Shown in pieces: positions 43,601 to 52,900 of a stretch of 61,993 bases of DNA (positions are counted from its first letter, which is position 1; each line of letters starts with the position of its first letter). The notes beneath the pieces were generated by a model. It saw only the letters and a list, made by a program, of their open reading frames with translations, ran no database searches and was not told the DNA's origin. Position numbers and translations under genes: made by a program. The DNA is from Sulfurimonas sp. (GTDB lineage: Bacteria; Campylobacterota; Campylobacteria; Campylobacterales; Sulfurimonadaceae): contig JAMOSN010000024.1 in assembly GCA_027068455.1 (NCBI GenBank), forward strand, positions 1-61,993, in the 5' to 3' direction.

Positions 43601-43849
43601 GAATTTTCCAATATTATCAAGAGTATTTCCAGAAGATGTTGTTTCATTCCATTGTAGTGATAAGGAACCATTGTCTTCTATCTTATAGATATGGACTTGT
43701 GCATTTGCAAGATTACCAAGTTGTGCTCTAGCTTCAGTATTGGGAGTTGTCGTTGATGGTGTAGCACTATTGTTTTCTTCAGAACAACCCATAAAACCAA
43801 AAGTCAATAGAAAGAGGGAAAACATTATGAAATATTTCAAAATAAACAT
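40694..43849 (-). CDS. Large surface lipoprotein: two cadherin-like domains plus DUF285/BspA-type 25-aa repeats
   Basis: Lipobox FMGC; two D.(E/D)GD.L.WS..GGDDKD.F cadherin-like units; about 19 FNQDI..W.T..VT.M..MF repeats. Confidence 0.88.
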   Translation of the reverse strand: MFILKYFIMFSLFLLTFGFMGCSEENNSATPSTTTPNTEARAQLGNLANAQVHIYKIEDNGSLSLQWNETTSSGNTLDNIGKFNSHINELELNRFYIYEVVGGEDWDFDDDGILDENYTLNNGKIRAVANQNDIKYVGSNLKVTLASEILYELVERNITHDFNATTFESLLDTTAQSIVYDIDNNGKINVRDVLVYTVPSYKPMLNTTYNTQLDTLLTNIHQGTTALPNLVITSEENLTVLENMTSITTLQARDLEGDSLTWSIVGGDDKDMFSLNSSTGELSFLSAHDYEHPTDSDTNNTYMVDINVTDGTHYHTQNFTIYVLNINDITPTIVTADQSISEAHTKVTALQGIDLDGDSLSWSLTGGDDKDLFTINNNILEFITAPNYNQPLDSDTNNIYVVQITLTDGEHNVSKTFHITVTDILLESFIITVQTDNNGTSSDTQFIVPTKFGEIYNYNIDCDNDGVDEATAVDGNYTCNYTSAGEYKVVIKDNSGKYTGFPRIYFNNEGDKEKITGINQWGAGQWSSMQGAFYGCKNLNNAGGAATDSPNLSTATSMYYMFTDASSFNQDISHWDTSTITTMRGMFYGALAFNQDIGQWDVSNVTDISSMFKSTASFNQDISDWNTSNVTDMSSMFYGALAFNQDISKWDTSQVTNMSLMFKNTALFNQDISNWNTSNVTDMNDMFYGAAVFNQDIGQWDTHNVTDMSGMFKSAPLFNQDINDWNTTNVTDMSSMFYSATNFNQPLDKWNTSSVTHMGSMFKYATHFNQYIGTWNTGNVRNMSGMFYWAEAFNRGIGNWNTTHVTDMNAMFKDAHHFNQDIGNWDTAKVTTMKYMFYNAAAFNQNLAQWDISNVTDISYMFKNAIRFNGTLNNWDTSKVTKFSSMFYNAKAFNQDISSWDTSNVENMTSMFKDATAFNQDIGNWITSKVTNMNSMFYNAAAFNQDIGNWDTGKVTDMALMFKDATVFNQYIKYWNTENVTTMNSMFYNAKAFDQDITLWNTSNVTDMYRMFYGASAFSGHDLSGWNVSKVTDHTDFFLNAGDNNIEPLWP
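40760..42190 (-). repeat. Degenerate 75-bp tandem coding repeat (about 19 units)
   Basis: Recurring aaacat...gttac...tcca...atatcttg(a/g)tt every 75 nt; boundaries approximate. Confidence 0.85.
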
Positions 43850-43945
43850 AAATTTATATCCTTAATAAAGAGTTTGTAGTAAGGGATTGTACTCTATTTT
43901 ATCTTTAATTTTCAATTGTAGAGTAATTTCGATAGAATTGCGTGT

Positions 43946-44653
43946 ATGAATGATACAGTATTTACAAAACCGATAAAAAAACAGTTTGAGTTTGATGAAG
44001 AGGTTGCTGCCGTTTTCGATGATATGCTTGAGCGCAGTGTTCCTTTTTATAAAGAGAGTCAAAAAATTACACAGTTTTTTGTACTAAAAAACTTAGATGA
44101 AGATGGTGTGCTTTATGATTTGGGATGTTCTACAGCATCATTACTTTTAAATATCCATAGAAATTTGCAAAAACACGCAACGTTGATAGGTCTTGATAAT
44201 TCAGAAGCGATGTTGCAACAGGCTCGAAGAAAAATTGAAGCTTACAATGCTGCCATAGAGGTTGTGTATGGTGATATTTTGGAGTATGAGTATAAAACAG
44301 CTGATGTATTTGTGAGTAACTATACTCTTCAGTTTATTCGTCCTTTGGTAAGAGAGGAATTAGTTAAAAAAATAGCTGCCTCTTTAAAAAAAGAGGGTGT
44401 GTTTATTTTTAGTGAAAAAGTTATTTCTCATCATCCAAAACTCAACAAAGATCTTATAGAGTGTTACTACGATTTTAAAAAAGAGCAAGGTTATAGTGAG
44501 TATGAGATTATGCAAAAACGTGAAGCATTAGAGAATGTTTTGGTTCCTTATAGTGAAGAGGAAAATATTATCATGGCAAAGAATGCCGGGTTTAGTCATT
44601 GTGAAGTGGTGTTTCGGTGGGCAAACTTTGCTACTTTTATAGCGATTAAGTAA
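43946..44653 (+). CDS. cmoA: Carboxy-S-adenosyl-L-methionine synthase
   Basis: [39 protein letters not shown]. Confidence 0.95.
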   Translation: MNDTVFTKPIKKQFEFDEEVAAVFDDMLERSVPFYKESQKITQFFVLKNLDEDGVLYDLGCSTASLLLNIHRNLQKHATLIGLDNSEAMLQQARRKIEAYNAAIEVVYGDILEYEYKTADVFVSNYTLQFIRPLVREELVKKIAASLKKEGVFIFSEKVISHHPKLNKDLIECYYDFKKEQGYSEYEIMQKREALENVLVPYSEEENIIMAKNAGFSHCEVVFRWANFATFIAIK

Positions 44654-44660
44654 AAGAGTT

Positions 44661-44876
44661 TTACCAAACATTTCCTTTTGGTTGTTCTTTTTTTATAGTG
44701 AGTTTATTTTTTATCTCTTTGTAGGTTACAATATCATCCTCTCCACAATCCTTGTGGTAGAAACCTTGTAGATCATAATACTCTTTACAGTCACTGTAGT
44801 ATTTAGCAGAGATACCATGCTTGTTTAAGCACCCTGTTATAAAAATTGTAATAATAAATAAAAATAGTGTTTTCAT
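44661..44876 (-). CDS. Small lipoprotein
   Basis: Lipobox ITGC; CKEYYD.QG.YHK.C motif. Confidence 0.75.
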   Translation of the reverse strand: MKTLFLFIITIFITGCLNKHGISAKYYSDCKEYYDLQGFYHKDCGEDDIVTYKEIKNKLTIKKEQPKGNVW

Positions 44877-44900
44877 ATGCAATACAAGCACCTTTCATAC

Positions 44901-45542
44901 CTAAACTTTAAAACTCTCTTTTGTTTTGCATAGATCAGTTAAAAAACACTCCTCACATTTTGGATTTTTAGCAGTACAAATATAGCGACCAAAAAGCACC
45001 ATCCCCTGATGCAGAGCATGTAAATCATTTTTAAATTTTTTGACAAGAGTTGCTTCTGTTGCTTTGGCAGTTTTGTCATCACTAAGACCCAAACGATGTG
45101 AAACTCTAAAAACATGGGTATCAACTGCCATAAGGTTAGCACCTGTATATTCTATCATAACAACATTGGCTGTTTTTTGTCCTACACCTGCGAGTGTTTG
45201 GAGATCTTTTTCATTCATTGGGATTTCTCCATCATAGACCTTGACTACTCTTTGAGCCATTTTAATAATATTTTTTGCTTTATTGTTAAAAAAGGAACAA
45301 CTTTTTATAAGCTCTTTTACATCATCTATATCTGCTTGAGCAAGTTCATAAACACTGGGATATTTTTCAAAAAGTGCAGGGGTGATGAGGTTGACCCTCT
45401 TATCTGTACACTGTGCTGAGAGTGCTACTGCGATGACAAGTTCATATGCATTTTTATATTCAAGCTCCGTTACCGCATCGCTGTAACGTTCTATAAACCG
45501 TTTGTGTATTTCTGTAATCTCTTTTTTTGTTGCTTTTTTCAT
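44901..45542 (-). CDS. nth: Endonuclease III
   Basis: LSAQCTD, GVGQKTANV, VDTHV, C-x6-C-x2-C-x5-C Fe-S motif; start MKKAT at 45542. Confidence 0.96.
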   Translation of the reverse strand: MKKATKKEITEIHKRFIERYSDAVTELEYKNAYELVIAVALSAQCTDKRVNLITPALFEKYPSVYELAQADIDDVKELIKSCSFFNNKAKNIIKMAQRVVKVYDGEIPMNEKDLQTLAGVGQKTANVVMIEYTGANLMAVDTHVFRVSHRLGLSDDKTAKATEATLVKKFKNDLHALHQGMVLFGRYICTAKNPKCEECFLTDLCKTKESFKV

Positions 45543-45603
45543 AAAAGCGATTTTACCTTTTTTTTGTGTTATAATCAAAATAATGACTTTTAAAGGGTAT
45601 ATT

Positions 45604-47565
45604 ATGGGCTTGTTTTCAATATTTTCAAATAAAAAAGAGCATGATGTTGTTGAAGAGATACCTCAAAATGACAGGGGACTCTCCTCATATTTAGATAGAG
45701 AATTTTTTAAATACAATGTTGATAGAAGCGATACTATGCTTCTGTGCTTTTTAAACGGCGAGGGATGGATTTGGGCAAACCGCCGTTTCTTAGATACTAT
45801 GGGTTACTATGATATACGTGATTTTGTTCGTGAAAATGAGTCTATAAGAGATATCTTTTTAAATGAAAGTGAGGAGATATTTACAGAATCAGAGAAGAAC
45901 TGGCTTGATTATATTCGTAAATACAAGCATGATGGGCATAGAGTCAATATTGCTAAAAACGATAGTTCTACTTTGATGATAAATGTCAAATGTAGTGTCT
46001 ATCCGCGTAATAAAAAACTTTATATCCTCGAACTTGAAGATGTTACACAGTTACACAAAGCGGAACTCAAAGCCAAAGAGATTGAAAAACTAAAAACAAA
46101 ATTCCTAGCAAATGTCGGACATGAGTTTAGAACACCGATGAATGGTATTTTAGGATTTTTAGAACTTTTAAAACAAACTCATCTTGATAAAAAACAAGCT
46201 GAATATATAGAGATGATTAATCAATCATCAAGAAGTTTGATGAACAACATAGAAGCACTTTTAAACCTTTCTCAACTCCAAGGTGGAAGGATGGAGGTCA
46301 ATATTGAGAGTTTCAATATTTTACCGTTAATGGAGAAACTCTCTTATGATTTTTATAAACAAGGTAAAAGTAAAGGGGTAAAGGTTCTAAGTTTTATTGA
46401 TCCTAAAATACCTGAGTATGTTAAAGGTGATGCTGATAAGATTATGCAGGTTATGCATGCCATTACACATAATGCTATTAAATTTATTGATCGTGGCGGA
46501 AGAGTTATTATTGAAGTAAAATTACTTAAAAGACTTCAAAATGGTGACTGTACAATCAGTTTTGGGGTCAAAGACAACGGACAAGGTATTTCTCAAGAGC
46601 AAATTGCATTCATCAATGAACCGTTTACGGCAGGAAATCATGCGGATGAAAGACTTGGTGTTGGGTTGAGCCTTTCTCATGGACTTGTGCAACTTATGGA
46701 TTCTGATTTACGTATTAAAAGTGAACAAAATGTTGGTACCTATGTTAATTTTGTTCTGAATTTTAAAAATGCTTCTGGACAAAACTATAAAATGATGCCT
46801 AAGAAAAATGTGAAGGTACTGTTACTTGATCAAAATAAAGTTGATGAAGCGAACTTCTTGGCTATCTATCTTCGTTCGTTTGCTATCGATGTTATTAAAT
46901 CCAATGTTTTGGATGATAAAGTTTATGATGGAATCGATGCTTTATATATTGTAGCAAATCAAGATGATTCTTCATGGATGTTAGAACTAGGCACTTATTA
47001 TAAGAAAGCTCCTGTTGTGATGCTTTTAGATGAAGATGAAAAATTGAGAACCCGTTTGACCCATATTGTTGATGAGGTGATACGCAGACCATTGCTTCCT
47101 AGTAAAATGGCAAAACATCTCCATTCATTACATAGTTATAATCTTAAAAATGAGGTTGAAATTGCACAGCCACTCCATCTTGATGATAAAATAAAAGTGT
47201 TGATTGTTGAAGATAATTTAATCAACCAAAGACTTATCCAAATCTTGCTACAACAGTATGATATATCTGTTTCTATCTCTTCAAATGGACTTGAAGCTGT
47301 TGCAATGGCAACAAAAAATAGATATGATTTGATCTTTATGGACATCGATATGCCACAGATGAATGGTATTGTCGCAACTAAAAAGATAAAAGAGAGACTG
47401 ATGAATCAACAGGATATGCCTGTTATTGTAGCACTAACTGCCATGGCAATGGAGGGTGACAGAGAGATGTTACTCAAAGAGGGACTTGATGATTATCTTT
47501 CAAAACCGTTTACAAAAGATAAACTTGAATATATTTTAAATAAATATCTAAAAGTACGAGCATAA
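45604..47565 (+). CDS. Cytoplasmic hybrid sensor histidine kinase (PAS-like, HisKA, HATPase, degenerate REC, REC)
   Basis: HEFRTPMN, NAIKF, DNGQG, MDIDMP, SKP; start MGLFS at 45604. Confidence 0.9.
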   Translation: MGLFSIFSNKKEHDVVEEIPQNDRGLSSYLDREFFKYNVDRSDTMLLCFLNGEGWIWANRRFLDTMGYYDIRDFVRENESIRDIFLNESEEIFTESEKNWLDYIRKYKHDGHRVNIAKNDSSTLMINVKCSVYPRNKKLYILELEDVTQLHKAELKAKEIEKLKTKFLANVGHEFRTPMNGILGFLELLKQTHLDKKQAEYIEMINQSSRSLMNNIEALLNLSQLQGGRMEVNIESFNILPLMEKLSYDFYKQGKSKGVKVLSFIDPKIPEYVKGDADKIMQVMHAITHNAIKFIDRGGRVIIEVKLLKRLQNGDCTISFGVKDNGQGISQEQIAFINEPFTAGNHADERLGVGLSLSHGLVQLMDSDLRIKSEQNVGTYVNFVLNFKNASGQNYKMMPKKNVKVLLLDQNKVDEANFLAIYLRSFAIDVIKSNVLDDKVYDGIDALYIVANQDDSSWMLELGTYYKKAPVVMLLDEDEKLRTRLTHIVDEVIRRPLLPSKMAKHLHSLHSYNLKNEVEIAQPLHLDDKIKVLIVEDNLINQRLIQILLQQYDISVSISSNGLEAVAMATKNRYDLIFMDIDMPQMNGIVATKKIKERLMNQQDMPVIVALTAMAMEGDREMLLKEGLDDYLSKPFTKDKLEYILNKYLKVRA

Positions 47566-47640
47566 ATGGTTGTTTGTTTAATAACTATTAATATATTCTT
47601 ATTAAACTTCTTCTAACAACAATAATTGAAGGAAATTAGG

Positions 47641-48471
47641 ATGAAGAAAGTAACAAAGTTTATCTCTGCTGTATTAATGGTTGGAACAATGGCTTCTGCA
47701 CAAACATTAGTAACTGTAAATGGGAAATCCATTACTCAAGAAGATGTTGACAGAGAACTGATGCAAGCAACTCAAGGGAGATTTAATCAGCTTCCAGCTG
47801 ATCGTCAGGCAATTTTTAGACAACAGGTTCTCCAACAGCTCGTTGGTAAAGAACTTATTTATGATGATGCAAAGAAAAATGGTATCACTAACTCTCAAGA
47901 GTATAAAGATGAATATAAAAAACTTGAAGAGCGTATGAAAAAAGAACTTGCGATTCAAGTATGGCAGAAAAAAGTTTTAGATGGTATTAAAATTTCTCAA
48001 AAAGAACTCAAAGATTATTATAATAAAAATAAAGAAGAGTTCAAAGAGAAAGAGAGTGTTCATGCTCGCCATATCTTGGTAAAAACTGAAGATGAAGCCA
48101 AAAAGATTATTAATCAACTAAAATCTTTAAGTGGTGAAAAACTTAAAGAAAAGTTTATTGAACTGGCAAAAAAAGAATCAACTGGACCTAGTGGACCAAA
48201 TGGTGGTGATCTTGGTTATTTTTCTCAAGGACAAATGGTTCCTGAGTTTAATGATAAAGTATTTAGTATGAAAAAAGGAACGATTACAAAAACTCCTGTA
48301 AAAACCCAGTATGGTTATCATGTTATCTATCTTGAAGATAAAAAGCCTGCAATGACACGTGCATTTGATGAGGTAAAAGGTTTTATCGAACAACGTTTAA
48401 AATTGGAAAAATTTAAAACTGTTATGAAAGAAAAAATGGATCAGCTACAGAAAAAAGCAGTGATTAAGTAA
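47641..48471 (+). CDS. Periplasmic PpiC-type peptidyl-prolyl isomerase (PEB4/Cbf2-like)
   Basis: Signal peptide; HARHILV, GGDLG, KTQYGYHVI. Confidence 0.92.
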   Translation: MKKVTKFISAVLMVGTMASAQTLVTVNGKSITQEDVDRELMQATQGRFNQLPADRQAIFRQQVLQQLVGKELIYDDAKKNGITNSQEYKDEYKKLEERMKKELAIQVWQKKVLDGIKISQKELKDYYNKNKEEFKEKESVHARHILVKTEDEAKKIINQLKSLSGEKLKEKFIELAKKESTGPSGPNGGDLGYFSQGQMVPEFNDKVFSMKKGTITKTPVKTQYGYHVIYLEDKKPAMTRAFDEVKGFIEQRLKLEKFKTVMKEKMDQLQKKAVIK

Positions 48472-48473
48472 GT

Positions 48474-49352
48474 GTGATGCAAAATTCTCCAATCTCAAAA
48501 CTTGTTGTTGAAGAGAGAGAATTTTTTGTAAAAAGGGATGAACTTATAGATCCTTTTTTAGCAGGTAACAAGTATAGAAAACTTTATACACTCCTAGAAA
48601 CTCCTAAAAACAGATATACCACCATTATCTCTTATGGTGGTACACAATCGAATGCTATGCTTGCTCTAGCTGCATTATGTCATCAAAAAGGGTGGCAATT
48701 TATCTACTACACTAAACAACTTTCTAACACGCAACAACTCTCGCAAGAGGGGAATTATGCCCAAGCACTCTCTCTTGGTATGCAACATAAAGAGATCGCT
48801 AATGAGCTCTACAGAGAATTTATCGCCTCTTTATCCATCCTCACTGATGATACAACAACCTGTATAGTGGATCAAGGAGGTGCAGATAAAATTGCTTATG
48901 ATGGGTTGCGTGTTTTAGCTAATGAGATACGAGAACAAAGATATCTTTTGCCATCTTCACTCAAAGCAGTTGCTACACCTTCAGGTACGGGAACAACAGC
49001 GCTTTATTTGGCACTTAATCTTCCTGAATTTACAGTATATACAACTCCTGTTATCGGTGATATTACTTATCTAGAAACACAAATGCAAGCACTCTCTCCT
49101 ATCCCTCCCAATCTTATTATTTTACAACCAGAAAAAAAATACCATTTTGCAAAACCTTATAAAGAGTTTTTTGAAATATATAAAAAACTTAAACACGCAG
49201 GTATAGAGTTTGATCTTTTATATGCCCCTTTGATGTGGAAAATGTTGTTAGAAAAAACACAAGAAGAGATCCTTTATATACATAGTGGTGGTATCACAGG
49301 AAATAAAACTATGCTAAAGAGATATATAAAAAAGTTTAGTGTATCATTGTGA
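48474..49352 (+). CDS. ACC deaminase / D-cysteine desulfhydrase family PLP enzyme
   Basis: KRDE..GNKYRKL, GGTQSN, SGTGTT, IHSGG. Confidence 0.88.
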   Translation: MMQNSPISKLVVEEREFFVKRDELIDPFLAGNKYRKLYTLLETPKNRYTTIISYGGTQSNAMLALAALCHQKGWQFIYYTKQLSNTQQLSQEGNYAQALSLGMQHKEIANELYREFIASLSILTDDTTTCIVDQGGADKIAYDGLRVLANEIREQRYLLPSSLKAVATPSGTGTTALYLALNLPEFTVYTTPVIGDITYLETQMQALSPIPPNLIILQPEKKYHFAKPYKEFFEIYKKLKHAGIEFDLLYAPLMWKMLLEKTQEEILYIHSGGITGNKTMLKRYIKKFSVSL

Positions 49353-49427
49353 ATGTTACTAAAGTAGCAATACAAAATGGGGGATTATTCTATAATTACG
49401 CCAGATAAAAAGAAAAAGGATTGAAAA

Positions 49428-52010
49428 ATGAGTAATAATATTTTTGAAAAACTAACACATAACATGACAGAAGCGATTGAAAGTGCGGTATCTTTAGCAC
49501 TTCATAATAAAAATCAAGAGGTAACACCTATCCATTTCTTGTGGGCATTACTAACAAACTCTGACTCAGTATTAAACCAAATGTTTAATAAAATGGGGAT
49601 AGACAAGGTGGCGATGGAGCTTGATATCAAATCTCAAGCGGAAAAACTGCCAAAATCTTCCAGTGTCACAAAAGAGAGCATCAAGCTCTCCCATGAATTT
49701 GTAAGAACATTGCAAAATGCTGAAGGGTTAATGGCTAAAAATGGTGATAGTTATCTAGCAGTAGATACTTATATTTTAGCAAACTTGCAAACACCACCAT
49801 TTTCGGAGATCTTACCGAAATATGTAGATGTGATGGAGTTGGCAAAAGAGCTTGAAGCTGCTCGTGGTGGAGCGACAATCGATTCACAAACTGCTGATGA
49901 AACGCTCGAAGCACTCTCAAAATATGGGATTGATTTAACAAAAGAAGCAGCTGAGGGGAAACTCCCTCCTGTCATTGGACGTGATGAAGAGATCTCTCGT
50001 ACAATGCAGATCTTGATTCGTAAAACGAAAAACAATCCAATGCTTTTAGGTGAGCCAGGGGTTGGTAAGACTGCACTTGTTGAGGGTCTTGCACAACGTA
50101 TCCAAAGTGGAGATGTTCCAACATCACTCCAAAACAAACGTTTGATTGCCTTAGATATGTCAGCGCTTATTGCGGGTGCAAAATATCGTGGTGAGTTTGA
50201 GGACAGACTTAAAGCGGTCATTGACGAGGTAAAAGAGAATGGAAATATTATCCTCTTCATTGATGAGATTCATACTATTGTAGGTGCAGGAGCTAGTGAA
50301 GGTTCAATGGATGCGGCAAATATCCTAAAACCTGCTCTTGCACGTGGTGAGCTTCATACTATTGGGGCAACTACACTCAAAGAGTATAGAAAGTACTTTG
50401 AAAAAGATGCGGCATTGCAACGCCGTTTCTTACCAATTAGTGTCGATGAACCAACAGTGAACCAATCTCTTCAAATCCTTCGTGGAATAAAAGAGAGACT
50501 TGAAGCACACCATAATGTAAGTATCACAGACTCTGCACTTGTAGCTGCTGCAAAACTTTCAAGCAGATATATTGCAGATAGATTCCTGCCAGATAAAGCG
50601 ATAGACTTAATCGATGAGGCAGCAGCAGAGCTTAAGATGCAAATAGAGTCTGAACCAAATGAACTCAGTGCTGCAAAACGTAAACTAAGCGAGCTTATGG
50701 TTGAAAAAGAAGCGCTTAAAATGGAGAAAACTCCATCAAATGAAAAACGTCTTGAAGAGATAGAAAAAGAGCTTGCTGATGTGGAAGAGACTGTACGAAA
50801 ATTACAATCTCAATTTGATACAGAAAAACAAGTGTTTGAGAAAATCTCCTCTATCAAAGGTGAGATTGAAGCAAAACGTCGTGAAGCAGAACTTGCAAAA
50901 GCACAGTCTGATTTTAACCGTGCTGCTGAGATTGAGTATGGTGAGATTCCAAAACTCATTGAGCAAGAAAAAGAGCTTAATGAACAATGGGCACGTATGC
51001 AAGAGGCTGGGACACTTCTTAAAAACTCTGTTGATGAGGAGTCTATTGCTTCTATCGTTAGCAGATGGACAGGTATTCCAGTCAATAAAATGCTTCAAAG
51101 TGAAAAAGATAAAATTATTCACGTTGAAGATGAGTTAAATAAAACAGTTGTAGGACAAGCAAGAGCTACACATGCAGTTGCTCGTGCTATCAAACGTAAC
51201 AAAGCAGGTCTTAGTGATAAAAACAGACCAATTGGTAGCTTTTTATTCCTAGGGCCAACAGGTGTTGGTAAAACACAAACAGCCAAAACATTGGCGAAGT
51301 TCCTGTTTGACTCTGAAGATGCGATGATTCGTATCGATATGAGTGAATATATGGAGAAACACGCAGTATCTCGTTTAGTTGGTGCTGCTCCTGGATATGT
51401 AGGGTATGAAGAGGGTGGACAGCTCACTGAAGCGGTTCGTCGTAAACCATACTCAGTCATTTTATTTGATGAAGTAGAAAAAGCACACCCTGATGTGTTT
51501 AACATTCTACTCCAAGTACTTGATGATGGGCGTTTAACTGATAATAAAGGTGTAACTGTAGATTTTACAAATACAATTATCATTTTAACATCTAATATCG
51601 CAAGTGATAAAATTATGGCTCACCCAGATGGTGGTGAAGAGCTTGAAAACCTTGTAATGGCAGAGCTCAAACAAGCGTTTAAACCAGAGTTCTTAAACAG
51701 ACTCGATGATGTGGTTATCTTTAATGCTCTTGGTAAAGATGAGATTAAAGGTATTGTTGAAATTTTCTTTAATGACATCAAAGCAAAAGTGAAAGAGCGT
51801 GATATTGAGCTTTCTCTTTCTGATGAAGCAGTTGAGTATATTGCTGAAGCTGGATTTGATCCTGTCTATGGTGCAAGACCACTTAAACGTGCTCTTTATG
51901 AGATTGTTGAAGATAGACTTGCTGACCTTATCTTAGAAGGTAGAGTAACAGAAGGCTCACGAGTTGAGTTTGTGATGAACAATGGAGAGATTGAAGTTAA
52001 AATCTCTTAA
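49428..52010 (+). CDS. clpB: ATP-dependent chaperone ClpB
   Basis: Two AAA modules ([16 protein letters not shown]), long middle coiled coil, 860 aa. Confidence 0.97.
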   Translation: MSNNIFEKLTHNMTEAIESAVSLALHNKNQEVTPIHFLWALLTNSDSVLNQMFNKMGIDKVAMELDIKSQAEKLPKSSSVTKESIKLSHEFVRTLQNAEGLMAKNGDSYLAVDTYILANLQTPPFSEILPKYVDVMELAKELEAARGGATIDSQTADETLEALSKYGIDLTKEAAEGKLPPVIGRDEEISRTMQILIRKTKNNPMLLGEPGVGKTALVEGLAQRIQSGDVPTSLQNKRLIALDMSALIAGAKYRGEFEDRLKAVIDEVKENGNIILFIDEIHTIVGAGASEGSMDAANILKPALARGELHTIGATTLKEYRKYFEKDAALQRRFLPISVDEPTVNQSLQILRGIKERLEAHHNVSITDSALVAAAKLSSRYIADRFLPDKAIDLIDEAAAELKMQIESEPNELSAAKRKLSELMVEKEALKMEKTPSNEKRLEEIEKELADVEETVRKLQSQFDTEKQVFEKISSIKGEIEAKRREAELAKAQSDFNRAAEIEYGEIPKLIEQEKELNEQWARMQEAGTLLKNSVDEESIASIVSRWTGIPVNKMLQSEKDKIIHVEDELNKTVVGQARATHAVARAIKRNKAGLSDKNRPIGSFLFLGPTGVGKTQTAKTLAKFLFDSEDAMIRIDMSEYMEKHAVSRLVGAAPGYVGYEEGGQLTEAVRRKPYSVILFDEVEKAHPDVFNILLQVLDDGRLTDNKGVTVDFTNTIIILTSNIASDKIMAHPDGGEELENLVMAELKQAFKPEFLNRLDDVVIFNALGKDEIKGIVEIFFNDIKAKVKERDIELSLSDEAVEYIAEAGFDPVYGARPLKRALYEIVEDRLADLILEGRVTEGSRVEFVMNNGEIEVKIS

Positions 52011-52027
52011 GAACATATTATTAAACT

Positions 52028-52068
52028 AGAAGAGAAGAGTGCTTATAAATAAGCCTCTTTTCTTTTCT
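52028..52068 (+). terminator. Terminator after clpB
   Basis: AAGAG-TGCTTAT-AA-ATAAGC-CTCTT stem with T-rich tail. Confidence 0.6.
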
Positions 52069-52132
52069 TAACCGCTCTTTAAGTAAAACTTTCGTATAAT
52101 TTCGCTCTTAAATTACATAAGGATATGTCGAT

Positions 52133-52267
52133 ATGAAAAGAACATACCAACCACATAATACACCTAGAAAAAGAACACACGGTTTTAGAGCCAGAATGGC
52201 TACTAAAAACGGTCGTAATGTTTTAAATCGTCGTCGTGCTAAAGGTCGTAAAAAATTGTCAGTATAG
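52133..52267 (+). CDS. rpmH: 50S ribosomal protein L34
   Basis: Translated by hand: [44 protein letters not shown]; TATAAT at 52095-52100. Confidence 0.98.
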   Translation: MKRTYQPHNTPRKRTHGFRARMATKNGRNVLNRRRAKGRKKLSV

Positions 52268-52593
52268 GCGGATTTGATATAGTTAAAACTCATAAAGAGT
52301 TTAGCTATATTTACAGAAAAGGGAAAAACCAGCACTCCAATAGTGTTGTACTTTTTTTTCTTCCTCAACAAGGTGTTCACAAAGTAGGTTTTACAGCAAC
52401 CAAAAAAATTGGTAACGCAGTAAAACGTAACCGTGCAAAGCGAAGAATGCGTGCAATGTTTTGTGAATACTCTCACTCACTCAAAGATGGTACTTATATT
52501 TTTGTTGCAAAAGTAGGTATTTTTGAAACTACTCATGAAAAACTCAAAAACGATTTTAAAAAGGTTCTCTCTCGTGCGAAAACTTTTACTTAA
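52255..52593 (+). CDS. rnpA: Ribonuclease P protein component (non-canonical start, ATT 52255 or ATA 52264)
   Basis: Not in the ORF track. Frame reads ...[18 protein letters not shown]...[23 protein letters not shown]...; lies between rpmH and yidD. Confidence 0.92.
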   Translation: MVSIGGFDIVKTHKEFSYIYRKGKNQHSNSVVLFFLPQQGVHKVGFTATKKIGNAVKRNRAKRRMRAMFCEYSHSLKDGTYIFVAKVGIFETTHEKLKNDFKKVLSRAKTFT

Positions 52594-52897
52594 GCTTTTA
52601 TGGCTTTATCAGAGATTCTTTACTCTTATAGGGTTTGGGTCGTGTCGATATTACCCAACTTGTAGTGAATATGCACGTATAAATTTTGAAAACAACTCCA
52701 TTTCAAGTGCTTTTTACCACTCTTTTACTAGAATACTGCGTTGTAATCAACTTTTTGATGGCGGTATAGAATATCCACTTCTTGATAAACTATGTCAAAA
52801 TCCCGCAGAACTAGATGTTGATTCTATAAAATATTGGTTGGTTCCCAATAAAAAAGACCGTTATTACATTATAAAAAATTTTTCATATAAAGGGTAA
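52574..52897 (+). CDS. yidD: Membrane protein insertion efficiency factor
   Basis: CRYYPTCSEY, RILRCN; likely GTG start at 52574. Confidence 0.92.
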   Translation: MRKLLLKLLWLYQRFFTLIGFGSCRYYPTCSEYARINFENNSISSAFYHSFTRILRCNQLFDGGIEYPLLDKLCQNPAELDVDSIKYWLVPNKKDRYYIIKNFSYKG

Positions 52898-52900
52898 TTT

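Noticed and set aside
49334-49369. Possible HspR (HAIR-like) operator upstream of clpB
   Set aside because: Half-sites TTTAGT and ACTAAA are 17 nt apart rather than 7; match too weak in AT-rich DNA
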